From assembly GCA_965217775.1 (NCBI GenBank), contig CBDCJH010000002.1, positions 608,001 through 672,000 on the forward strand: a stretch of DNA of 64,000 bases, read 5' to 3'. The notes beneath the pieces were generated by a model, which saw only the letters and a list, made by a program, of their open reading frames with translations, was not told the DNA's origin and searched no databases. This document shows positions 1 to 8,689 of this stretch, piece by piece; position 1 is the stretch's first letter; every line of letters begins with the position of its first letter. The DNA is from Acidobacteriota bacterium (GTDB lineage Bacteria; Acidobacteriota; UBA6911; RPQK01; JAJDTT01). A program made the position numbers and the translations under genes.

Positions 1-2
1 AG

Positions 3-728
3 GAAGACGGCAAATGGATGTTGGAATCGCCTCTGCAGGAGGCGGCCGACCAGAGCGCCGTAACCGGTCTCCTGTCTTCGCTGGAGTTCGCCGAGGCCAA
101 GCGGTACGTCTCCGAGGAGAGCGACGATCTGGGCCGTTTCGGTTTGGACAAACCGCAGCTGTCGATCCGCTTCCAGCAGGAGGGTCAGGAAGATTGGGAA
201 ACCCTCGAACTGGGCACCGAATTCGAGGCAGCCGAGGACCAGTACCTGGCGCGCAATCCCGCCCGTTCTCCCGTCTTCAGCATCGGCAAGGAGGTCCGGG
301 ACAAGCTGGTCCAGGAGTTGTGGGAATTTCGTGACAAGGACGTCATCGACGTCGACCAGGATGATATCGCGGCAGTCGTCGTGAAGATCGGGGACCAGGA
401 GATCCATGCTCGCCGGGAGGATTACAAGTGGATCCTGGAAAAGCCGGAGGAGCGAAAAGGTAAAGAGGCTCTGGCCTACAAGTTCTGGTACCCCATGGAC
501 GACATCAAGTTCGAGTCCATCGACGCCGATTCCGCCAAAGCGGGGACGGATCTTCCTCAACCTCAGGTCCGGGTCCGGATCGAGCTGAAGGACGGGTCGA
601 TCCGGAACTTCCAGTTTGCCCACGAAGGGAATCGCTACGTGGCCCGAAAGATGGAATCGGGCCGCACCGGCGGCATCTCCAAGGAAGCTTTCGAAAAGAT
701 CCAGTTCAAGGTGGACGAAATCGTTTGA
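3..728 (+). CDS. DUF4340-like domain protein, 5'-truncated by window edge
   Basis: Frame is open to position 3. Repeated W-x-L-x-x-P motifs (EDGKWMLESP, DYKWILEKP) and FGLDKP are typical of DUF4340 proteins. Confidence 0.6.
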   Translation, partial: EDGKWMLESPLQEAADQSAVTGLLSSLEFAEAKRYVSEESDDLGRFGLDKPQLSIRFQQEGQEDWETLELGTEFEAAEDQYLARNPARSPVFSIGKEVRDKLVQELWEFRDKDVIDVDQDDIAAVVVKIGDQEIHARREDYKWILEKPEERKGKEALAYKFWYPMDDIKFESIDADSAKAGTDLPQPQVRVRIELKDGSIRNFQFAHEGNRYVARKMESGRTGGISKEAFEKIQFKVDEIV

Positions 729-809
729 TCCCGGGGCGGCCGGGCTCATCCCGGCGCGCTCAACGCCACCATTCGCGGCAGGCCTGACCAAAATGCTGCC
801 GGAATTGCC

Positions 810-1952
810 ATGAACGTCGGCATCACCTGCTACCCGACCTACGGCGGAAGCGGCATCGTGGCGACCGAGTTGTCCCAGTGTCTGGCCCAGAGGGGTCACC
901 AGGTTCACATCATCAGCTCGTCCATGCCCAGCCGCCTGCTGGAGTTGGGGGAACGCATCTTCTTCCATGAAGTGGAAGCCATGGCCTACCCCCTCTTCGA
1001 ATACGTCCCCTACGACCTGGCTCTGGCCACCAAGATGGTGGAGGTGATCAAGCGGGAGAATCTGGACCTGCTGCACGTCCACTACGCGATTCCGCACGCC
1101 ATCAGCGGCTACCTGGCCCGGGAGATGATTCATCCCCGCTGGGTTCCGGTGATCACGACGCTCCACGGCACCGACATCACGCTCGTGGGCCGGGACCATT
1201 CCTATCTGGCCGTCACCCAGTTCGGACTCCGTAAAAGCGATGGGGTCACTGCAGTGAGCCACTTCCTCAAGGAGGCGACACTCCGGGAATTCTGCAGCGA
1301 GTGCGATATCCGGGTGATTCCCAACTTCGTGGACGTCGACCGCATGCAGCGGCGCTTTTCGCCCGAGATTCATCGCCGGTTTGCCCCCCGCGGCGAGAAG
1401 GTCCTGGTCCACCTGTCCAATTTTCGGCCGGTCAAGCGGGTGGACGACGTCGTCCGCGTCTTTCACCGTGTCCGGCAGCAGATCCCGGCCGTCCTGCTCA
1501 TGATCGGCGACGGCGTCGAGCGATCCAACGCCCAGTACCTGGCCAGCGAGCTGGGCCTCGGCGACTCGGTCTTCTTCGTCGGCATGGTGGACGCCATCGA
1601 GAACTACCTTTCGGTCTGCGACCTGATGCTGCTTCCCAGCGAGACCGAGAGTTTCGGGCTGGCGGCGCTGGAGGCCATGGCCTGCGGGGTTCCGGTGGTG
1701 GCCACGCGCGTGGGTGGGGTCCCGGAGTTGATCCGGGAAGAGGAGACCGGCCTTCTCTACCCGGTGGGTGACGTGGACGCCATGGCCCGGGGGGCCGTGA
1801 GCCTGCTCGAGGAGAATCGGCTTCGGGAGCTCAGGATCCATTGCCGGGAGCGGGCCCAGAACTACTCCGCCCGGCAGGTCGCCCCACTCTATGAAGCCTT
1901 CTACCGGGAAACGATCGAACGTGGGTTCCGGTCTGATCGAGGACGGCGATGA
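810..1952 (+). CDS. bshA: N-acetyl-alpha-D-glucosaminyl L-malate synthase (GT4 glycosyltransferase, bacillithiol biosynthesis)
   Basis: Motifs [38 protein letters not shown] and [14 protein letters not shown]. Confidence 0.92.
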   Translation: MNVGITCYPTYGGSGIVATELSQCLAQRGHQVHIISSSMPSRLLELGERIFFHEVEAMAYPLFEYVPYDLALATKMVEVIKRENLDLLHVHYAIPHAISGYLAREMIHPRWVPVITTLHGTDITLVGRDHSYLAVTQFGLRKSDGVTAVSHFLKEATLREFCSECDIRVIPNFVDVDRMQRRFSPEIHRRFAPRGEKVLVHLSNFRPVKRVDDVVRVFHRVRQQIPAVLLMIGDGVERSNAQYLASELGLGDSVFFVGMVDAIENYLSVCDLMLLPSETESFGLAALEAMACGVPVVATRVGGVPELIREEETGLLYPVGDVDAMARGAVSLLEENRLRELRIHCRERAQNYSARQVAPLYEAFYRETIERGFRSDRGRR

Positions 1953-2111
1953 GGCGGGCAATTTGGAGTCACTCTCTGACCGCCTGCAGGGCTTTCAGAG
2001 GATCAAGACGTTCTCGTTCGGCGGGCCCGACCACAGACAGAAAGTGGCATGTCCAGTAGTATTTTAGTTCCTTACTCGCAAAATCTTGTGCAAATGGGCG
2101 AAGAATTTTCC

Positions 2112-2240
2112 GTAGGGGCGCCCCTTGTGTGGGCGCCCTCTTCGGTCCAAATCGGAGCAAGACGGGGCCGGACGAAGTGTCGGCGGCTGGAAATCCACCG
2201 CGCCGGCGAAGAAATTCTGGTTCCGGCTACGCCGGGTTGG
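2112..2240 (+). repeat. ~130-bp composite repeat: GTAG REP hairpin plus tail ending TTCCGGCTACGCCGGGTTGG
   Basis: Near-identical inverted copy at 38991-39139 and a partial copy at 61985-62034. Confidence 0.85.
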
Positions 2241-2253
2241 ATAGTATCAAGAG

Positions 2254-2475
2254 ATGAAGCTCAGCATCAGCCTGCGCGAAGAAGACGTCGGCTTCCTTGA
2301 CCACTATGCCCGCGCACAAGGCATCAAGTCGCGGTCCGCAGTGGTGCGGACAGCCCTGTATCTATTGCGTACCACGGAGCTCGCCAGCGATTATGCGGCC
2401 GCGTGGGATGAATGGAATGCCGATGACGACGCTGATGCATGGGAACGTTCAGCCACCGACGGATTGAAACCTTGA
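2254..2475 (+). CDS. Ribbon-helix-helix antitoxin, MazE9-like
   Basis: MKLSISL-EEDV-FLD-Y...SRSAVV N-terminus and DYAAAWDEW...DAW acidic tail resemble mycobacterial MazE9-type antitoxins. Confidence 0.8.
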   Translation: MKLSISLREEDVGFLDHYARAQGIKSRSAVVRTALYLLRTTELASDYAAAWDEWNADDDADAWERSATDGLKP

Positions 2476-2546
2476 ACCGATTGGAACAGGTTTGTCGGGG
2501 CGATATCCGGACAGTAGCGGGAGAGTTGGGCTCCTATGCCGCATAG
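2472..2546 (+). pseudogene. Truncated MazF/PemK toxin N-terminal stub
   Basis: TTG overlaps the antitoxin stop. The frame encodes LNRLEQVCRGDIRTVAGELGSYAA*, resembling the PemK start RGD(I/V)WTVAG, then stops. Confidence 0.45.
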
Positions 2547-2573
2547 GCGCCATGAGGACGAGCCCTGATCAGC

Positions 2574-2607
2574 GGCAAAGTGCAGCCGATATTGGCTGCA
2601 CTTTGCC
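2574..2607. terminator. Perfect 14-bp inverted repeat (GGCAAAGTGCAGCC-N6-GGCTGCACTTTGCC), possible bidirectional terminator
   Basis: Hairpin lies between the convergent antitoxin and dacB genes; there is no clear U-tract. Confidence 0.45.
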
Positions 2608-2738
2608 ACTGGTTATCGGGGCATTCGACCGGTGCTGCATCCCCCTCACGATAGTATTCGGGTGCCCACAAGAGTCGCCCCTGCCAGAGTTGCTCCCAAT
2701 GTCGTCATGCCTTGCCGTCGCGATGTGGCCGGAATTCC

Positions 2739-4352
2739 TCAACGCTTGGCCAGAAGGCTGCAGATCTGGTCGATGCCGCGGCGGGCGTTGTAGTGGCCGA
2801 AGCGATGGTCGTTGACCAGGATGGAAAAGGCCAACAGTTCCGAGGATCGGGACTGGACGTAGCCGCCCAGGGTGATGGCGTTGGAAAGGGTCCCGGTCTT
2901 GGCGAAGACGCGGTTGGCCGCGGGCGTTCCCCCCATCCGCCCCCTGAGCGTGCCGTTCCTGCCGGCAACGGGCAAGCTCCCCAGGAAGAAGGGGAAGAAG
3001 GACTTTCCCGCGACGTGCTTGAGTAACATCGATTGCGCCCGGGGTGTGATCAGGTTCTGCTCCGAGAGCCCGGACCCGTCCTGAAGGTCGGTGAGGCGCA
3101 ACGGGACCCCCGCTTCCCGAAGCAGCTCGTAGACCACTTCCAGTCCACCCGAATCGCTGCCTCGGCCCTTGACGACGGCGCCCAGGGTGCGGAGCAGAAT
3201 CTCGGCGTAGAGATTGTGACTCTCCCTATTGACCCGAAAGATGACCTCGATCAGAGGCGGGGACTCGTGGACGTAGATTTCGTGCATTTCCACGCCGTCT
3301 GAGGGCGCAACGTGACGGGAGCGGACCGAGCCTCCGACGCGAATACCCCGCTTGCGAATACGGTCCCGCAAGATTGTTGCCGTATACAGGGCGGGATCCT
3401 CCATCGTGATCCGGCGAGTCCAGCCCGGACTGTTGACGGGGATTTGGCCACCGATGACCGCCTTGTGGTTTCCCAGGGACCGGTAGAAGTATCCGGTGGC
3501 TTGCGGACCGTCCGCGACGGTCGTGCCCATGTTGACCAGTTGAAAAAGGGAGTTGGACGGATAGCTGGCAAGACGGATGGGCTGTCCGGTCCGTCTGCCG
3601 GGACGGGCCACCAGATTCAGGAGGTTGTCATAGAAGGAAAGGGCGGAGACTCGAGGGGCGTAGTGGTACTCCAGGTCCTTCTTGTTCCATCCTCGTCCGT
3701 GGGGTGCATAGGAAAAGAAGGAGTCGTCACCGACCACGTCTCCTTGGATCAACCGGATGCCGGCCCGTTCCACCTCGCGGGCCAGGTTGTCCAGATGTTG
3801 GAAAATGGGCCCGGAATCCAGATTGTTGGCCAAGCCGGGATCCCCTCCCCCGATCAGGACCAGGTCCCCGGTCAGAACCCCGTTTTCCTGGAGTTGCCCC
3901 TCGTAACCGAGGCGGGTCTCGAATCGGAAGTTGGGTCCCAGACGGTCCAGAACCGCCGCCGTGGTGAAGACCTTCATGTTGCTGGCCGGAATGAAGTACT
4001 TCAGGGGATCGCGGGAATAGAGAACCGCTCCGCCGTCGACGTAGCGCACATCGACTCCCCACGAGGCCCGGCGGTACCGCTTGCTGTCCAGCAGGGCGTC
4101 GATCTTCCGCGCCAAGCCGGGATCGGGCCGGCGGGTGTTTTCAGCGATCGCCGGCTGAGGACTTGGGGCGGCCGGGGGTGGGTCGGCGTCCACTTCAACT
4201 GCAGCGGGCCCCGTAGGGGAGGGTGGCGCCGGTGTCGAGCCGGTCCGGACCCAAAGGGCGAGACCGATGGAGATCGCCGCCAAGAGTCCCAGGACTCCGG
4301 CCCGGGAGAGCCGGATTCGCCAACCGTCTGACAGGCGATGGCCTTTTCGCAT
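2739..4352 (-). CDS. dacB: D-alanyl-D-alanine carboxypeptidase/endopeptidase (PBP4, peptidase S13)
   Basis: PASNMK (SxxK), SHN (SxN), DGSGLS and AKTGTL motifs plus an N-terminal TM anchor. Start codon is uncertain. Confidence 0.9.
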   Translation of the reverse strand: MRKGHRLSDGWRIRLSRAGVLGLLAAISIGLALWVRTGSTPAPPSPTGPAAVEVDADPPPAAPSPQPAIAENTRRPDPGLARKIDALLDSKRYRRASWGVDVRYVDGGAVLYSRDPLKYFIPASNMKVFTTAAVLDRLGPNFRFETRLGYEGQLQENGVLTGDLVLIGGGDPGLANNLDSGPIFQHLDNLAREVERAGIRLIQGDVVGDDSFFSYAPHGRGWNKKDLEYHYAPRVSALSFYDNLLNLVARPGRRTGQPIRLASYPSNSLFQLVNMGTTVADGPQATGYFYRSLGNHKAVIGGQIPVNSPGWTRRITMEDPALYTATILRDRIRKRGIRVGGSVRSRHVAPSDGVEMHEIYVHESPPLIEVIFRVNRESHNLYAEILLRTLGAVVKGRGSDSGGLEVVYELLREAGVPLRLTDLQDGSGLSEQNLITPRAQSMLLKHVAGKSFFPFFLGSLPVAGRNGTLRGRMGGTPAANRVFAKTGTLSNAITLGGYVQSRSSELLAFSILVNDHRFGHYNARRGIDQICSLLAKR

Positions 4353-4531
4353 CCGTTCCGAACGAATCCGATTCCAGGGGCGGGTCCGGAGCGTCCGGCG
4401 AAACCTCGCCGGCGCCATTTTCCGTAGCCGGACGAACCAATAGGCGAGAACCCGCCTTTTTCGTGAAAGGTGGGCCAGCAGCGTTCTCATACTCCCTGCT
4501 ATATCCTCCTGGCCCTCCGGCGACCCCGGAA

Positions 4532-5260
4532 TCAACTGACGACGTGCCCCATCCGGCTCCATCGGGTCCGGGTCACGAAAAAGACGATCCGCTCCAGGTA
4601 AAGGCCAAGCATGTCGGGAATCGAGGTCTTCAGATAGGCATCCGACGCGTCCTCGTAGGACCAGAAGACGACCAGAGGTCTCCCCACGATATGGCTTCGG
4701 GGCAGAAATCCAAAGTAGCGGCTGTCGGCGCTGTCGTCCCGGTTGTCCCCCATGACGAAGTAGCTGTCGTCCGGAATCGTGATGGGGTTCGTATTGTCTC
4801 GACGGTCGCCCCGATGCGGGTCGTGCAGAAGGTTCCGCCCTTCGTCGAGGGCGGAATCGCGGTGCACCTTGTAGGGCTCATCCAACGGCGATCCGTTGAT
4901 ATGGACCGTTCCTCCGCGAATCTCCAACTCTTCACCGGGCAGCCCAATGGCGCGTTTCACGTAAAGGACTTCCGGATTGTTGGGGAACTTGAAGACCACG
5001 ATGTCTCCCCGTTTGATATCGCGCTCGGGAGCCAGCGGGATTCCCGGCTTGTAACCGTTGCGAAAACTGAATTTGTCGATCAGTAGCCGGTCTCCTACCA
5101 GGATGGTGGGCTCCATGGACGGTGTGGGAACCGTCATCGGATGAACCACGAAAGTGGTGACGAAGAGCGCGAAGATGGTGCAGACGACGGTGGTGACGAA
5201 GTACTCCCGCAGGGTGCTCTCCTGCTTGGCGGGCGTTTCCTGATGCTCTTCCTGTTTCAT
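4532..5260 (-). CDS. lepB: Signal peptidase I
   Basis: PSMEPT, RGDIVVF, YVKRAIGLPG and GDNRDDSADSR motifs. Confidence 0.95.
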   Translation of the reverse strand: MKQEEHQETPAKQESTLREYFVTTVVCTIFALFVTTFVVHPMTVPTPSMEPTILVGDRLLIDKFSFRNGYKPGIPLAPERDIKRGDIVVFKFPNNPEVLYVKRAIGLPGEELEIRGGTVHINGSPLDEPYKVHRDSALDEGRNLLHDPHRGDRRDNTNPITIPDDSYFVMGDNRDDSADSRYFGFLPRSHIVGRPLVVFWSYEDASDAYLKTSIPDMLGLYLERIVFFVTRTRWSRMGHVVS

Positions 5261-5374
5261 TCTGCTGCGGCCGGGAAACAGGCCCCCGGAAAGGACCGAA
5301 AAACGCCGCCGAGTATACCAGCCGATGGTGACGACCGCACGGTACGGCGCCGGCCCCAGGTCCGGACGACATCG

Positions 5375-5917
5375 TTATCCGATCTTCCAGTGCGGCGGCT
5401 CCCGGATGCGAGTCGCCGCGCAATAGAGTCCGACCCGCGTCCGGTCCGGGCAGAGTCGAAGCAGTTCGGCAGGACTTCTCCCCGTAATCGGGTCTCTGAA
5501 GCAGGGCAGGATCTCATTCAAGGGGACCAGAACGAACTTCCGGTTCCTGAGTCTGGGATGGGGAATCCGGAGGTGCCGCTGTTGGACGATCTCCTGTCTG
5601 AAATAGAGGATGTCGATATCGATGTTGCGCGGTCCCTTGGGAACTGCGCGTGAACGGCCCAGAGAGGCCTCGACGTCCAGACAGGTGGCCAGCAGTAACG
5701 GGGGGGTCTGGCGGGTCTCAATTTGGCAAACCAGATTCAGGAAAAGGCCCTGGTCCACGACTCCCACCGGTTCGGTTTCGTACACCGAAGAACAGAGCAC
5801 CGGGTCCACTCCCCGTTCGTTCAACTGGTTCAAGGCGCGGGCCAGGTAGTCTTCCCGGCGGCCCAAATTGGACCCGAGAGAGAGCAGGATTGCGGCTCCG
5901 GCGGGTGAACCCGTCAG
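5375..5917 (-). CDS. folK: 2-amino-4-hydroxy-6-hydroxymethyldihydropteridine diphosphokinase
   Basis: LSLGSNLG lies in frame upstream of the listed ORF; also SSVYETEP, GPRNIDIDIL and PHPR. Start is uncertain (in-frame CTG at 5917 overlaps the lptD stop). Confidence 0.9.
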   Translation of the reverse strand: MTGSPAGAAILLSLGSNLGRREDYLARALNQLNERGVDPVLCSSVYETEPVGVVDQGLFLNLVCQIETRQTPPLLLATCLDVEASLGRSRAVPKGPRNIDIDILYFRQEIVQQRHLRIPHPRLRNRKFVLVPLNEILPCFRDPITGRSPAELLRLCPDRTRVGLYCAATRIREPPHWKIG

Positions 5918-8103
5918 AAAACGCTCCGCGGTTGTTTGATGGTCCCGATGGTTCCGATTCCTTGGAGGTAAAAGGAAAACCGGATCTGGTTCTCCTGGCG
6001 CACTCCCACGTTGAACCCCACGAAATCAAGAGACACGCCGCAGCAGTCCCAGAAATAGTTGAGGCGGGTGCGGTAGTTCAGGAAACGGGCGGAGTGGACG
6101 TCATAGCTGAGGGTGCTGGACAGGGACGCGCCTCGGCCCAGGCGTCCCAAGGCGATCTGTCCCTGGACCTGGTTGGTCTGGATCGTTCCGGGCTCCAGCT
6201 CCCGGGTCACGAAGTAGGCAGTGCCCAGGAGGATTCGCTCGCTGTGGACGAATCCCATGACCGCGACATTTCGGACGCGGTGAAAGTCGGGATCGTAGTC
6301 GGCGCGGACATCGAAATTGACACGGGGTTCCGGGGTGACGCGGGCCACCGCCGTGACCGGAGAATACCCTCTCCGCAGACCTCCAAAAGGAAAGCCGGTG
6401 AGGGAGTGGAAGGAAAGAAACTGGTTGACGGCGCCGGCTCGGAAGGCACCGCCGAAGTCGGGGTCCAGAAAGTGCTTCTGGACCAGCTTGAACGCCATCA
6501 ATTCCCGCGTCTGGGAGCCGTGCGGCGTCTGGCGTTTGACGAAGAAGCGGTTGAAGAGTCCGTACTCCACTTCATTCGTATCGGTGATGGAATCCAGATG
6601 GTCGAAGCGGAGGAGCCGATCGAACTGATCGATACCGGTCCGGTACTGATATCGGAATGTCGGCTCGATCAGGTGCTTCATGGACCCGCTCCGCGAAGCG
6701 TCGCCGTAGATCCGCGAGAGGCCCCATCCCTTCAGATCCAGCGTCAGTTCGGCATACCGGCGCGAGAAGCCCTCTTCGCTGAACCCTTGGGGCGAGTCAC
6801 CGTCGCCGGCCTCGGCCAGACTGTTCCCGTAGAAGGTCTCCCGTAGGGCCAGCCTCGGAGTCAGTCGCAGACCCTGGGCCAGAGGAATGGAGGTATAGAT
6901 CTGGGGAAAGAAATCGAGGCGTTGGGTCAGGCCCGAAGTCTCCAACAGCGAATCACGCCGCGTGAGCCCCTCGGCCGAGGTGTCCAGATCCAGATAAATG
7001 GGAATTCCCCGAAATCTATGGCCGCTCAGCCGGAACTGGGCGCCTGGAGCGCTCTGCACGACGACGTTCCCCTCCGGAAAGAAAGTCTCTTCGCGGGAAA
7101 AGGAGACGTTGAGACTCCTGGCGCCTTGGTTTCTGGTCAAAAAGAGGGTGGAGCTTTCCGTGGGCCGGGTGGCGGTGAAGAAATTGTCGGAGAACACCTG
7201 CCGAAAGGTGAAATTGGAGACGAAGTTGAAATCGGCCACGGCCCGGTAGCCGTTTCCGAACCTGGTTTCGCCCTGGCCATTGAGGCTGGCGCCTCCCTGG
7301 TCCAGGCTGTCTTTGATCAAGTACCCGTCCAACTCCAGAGAGCTGGTCTGGTTGGGCCGGGTCCGGAGGGCGAAGCCGTGGCCGAAGCCACGTTTCGAGT
7401 AATAGTCCTCATGGAAGATCATGTCGGTGCTCCGGCCCAGGACCAGATAGACCGACTGGCTCAGACGCCTTCCCTTGTTGTCGGAAGCGCCGGTGCTGGG
7501 AAGCAGGAATCCGCTGGAGCGCTCCTTCTCCTCGGTGGGAATCGACATGAAGGGGAAATAGAAGACCGGGATGTTCTTGATCTTGAAGAAGGTGTGGTGA
7601 ATCCGGGCCCTCTCGCCGGTCCTGATGGTTCCCTTCTTGACGGTGAAGCTCCACTTGGGGACGGCTTCCCGGCAAGCGGTCAAAAAGCCATTTCGCGCCT
7701 CATAGCTGTCGGGACCGGTCTTGAGAAGGGTCTCGGCCTGGACCAGGATATTCCTGTCGGTGGAGCCCTCCACCTGCCTCAGAATCCCCGTCTGCGTCTC
7801 CAGGTTCAGCTCCCCGCCGGCGCCCTTGAGCCGGAGGTCGCCCCGTTTCACTTCGAAACTCTCCAGGATCGAGAGCTGGCCGGTGCGGGAGTCGTAGGTC
7901 ATCCTCCCGGCTTCGATGGTGCTGCCCTGGTGGGTAATGACGACTTGCCCTTCGGCGACCCAGAGATCCTTCGACTCCCGGGCGAGCCGGTCGGCCTCAA
8001 TGGTGACGGGGCCGCTCTCGGCCACGAGTTCGACCCTTGCCCGATCCTGGGATTGTCCCATGGCCGGGAGGAACAGCAGCAGTAGGATTCCCACAGCAGA
8101 CAC
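5914..8103 (-). CDS. lptD: LPS-assembly protein LptD
   Basis: Signal peptide, OstA-like N-domain, FLTAC...PKW, PVFYFP, RSSGFLLP, HLIEP and C-terminal WDCC. Confidence 0.85.
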   Translation of the reverse strand: MSAVGILLLLFLPAMGQSQDRARVELVAESGPVTIEADRLARESKDLWVAEGQVVITHQGSTIEAGRMTYDSRTGQLSILESFEVKRGDLRLKGAGGELNLETQTGILRQVEGSTDRNILVQAETLLKTGPDSYEARNGFLTACREAVPKWSFTVKKGTIRTGERARIHHTFFKIKNIPVFYFPFMSIPTEEKERSSGFLLPSTGASDNKGRRLSQSVYLVLGRSTDMIFHEDYYSKRGFGHGFALRTRPNQTSSLELDGYLIKDSLDQGGASLNGQGETRFGNGYRAVADFNFVSNFTFRQVFSDNFFTATRPTESSTLFLTRNQGARSLNVSFSREETFFPEGNVVVQSAPGAQFRLSGHRFRGIPIYLDLDTSAEGLTRRDSLLETSGLTQRLDFFPQIYTSIPLAQGLRLTPRLALRETFYGNSLAEAGDGDSPQGFSEEGFSRRYAELTLDLKGWGLSRIYGDASRSGSMKHLIEPTFRYQYRTGIDQFDRLLRFDHLDSITDTNEVEYGLFNRFFVKRQTPHGSQTRELMAFKLVQKHFLDPDFGGAFRAGAVNQFLSFHSLTGFPFGGLRRGYSPVTAVARVTPEPRVNFDVRADYDPDFHRVRNVAVMGFVHSERILLGTAYFVTRELEPGTIQTNQVQGQIALGRLGRGASLSSTLSYDVHSARFLNYRTRLNYFWDCCGVSLDFVGFNVGVRQENQIRFSFYLQGIGTIGTIKQPRSVF

Positions 8104-8212
8104 GGGTCAAAGATAGTAGCAGAATTGCTCGGGCGTCCGTTCTTGAAGTCCCCTGCACCGTGGGATTGGAGTCTGGAACGGCCCTGAGACGGTGTGCTAA
8201 CCTTTGCTCAAC

Positions 8213-8548
8213 ATGGCAGTCAAGAAGGATCCGGGGAATCTGGAAAAGTGGCCCTCCTACAGCATGGTCGAGCCCCGCATGCGGAAGATCTACTTCAAGT
8301 TCTACCAGGAGACCTACAAGTCGTCCGTCATCGACCGCAAGCACAAGGAATTGATTGCTATCGCCGCATCCCTGGGATTCAAATGCGAGGGTTGTCTCGA
8401 CGGTCATCTCCGGAAGGCGCTCAAGTGCGGCGCCACCCCGGAAGAAATCAGCGAGACCATATCCATTGCCATGGGTGTCGCCGCGGCTTCCGTCGTAGAC
8501 CAGACGGACCACGCCGCAGAGCGACTGCAGGTGAAGCACTTCGATTAG
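8213..8548 (+). CDS. Carboxymuconolactone decarboxylase / AhpD-like protein
   Basis: KHKELIAIAAS...CEGCLDGH...GATPEEI motif. Confidence 0.85.
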   Translation: MAVKKDPGNLEKWPSYSMVEPRMRKIYFKFYQETYKSSVIDRKHKELIAIAASLGFKCEGCLDGHLRKALKCGATPEEISETISIAMGVAAASVVDQTDHAAERLQVKHFD

Positions 8549-8689
8549 GAAGAGCAATTTCCCAACTGCATTATTGCCGGAATGGGGGCTCTGATACTCC
8601 TGAGATCCGGCTAAACTCGAACCACAGATCAAACTCCACCCGCAACCGGAATCACGACGCTGCGGCTTCGGTCGCGAACTGTCAGTTCA

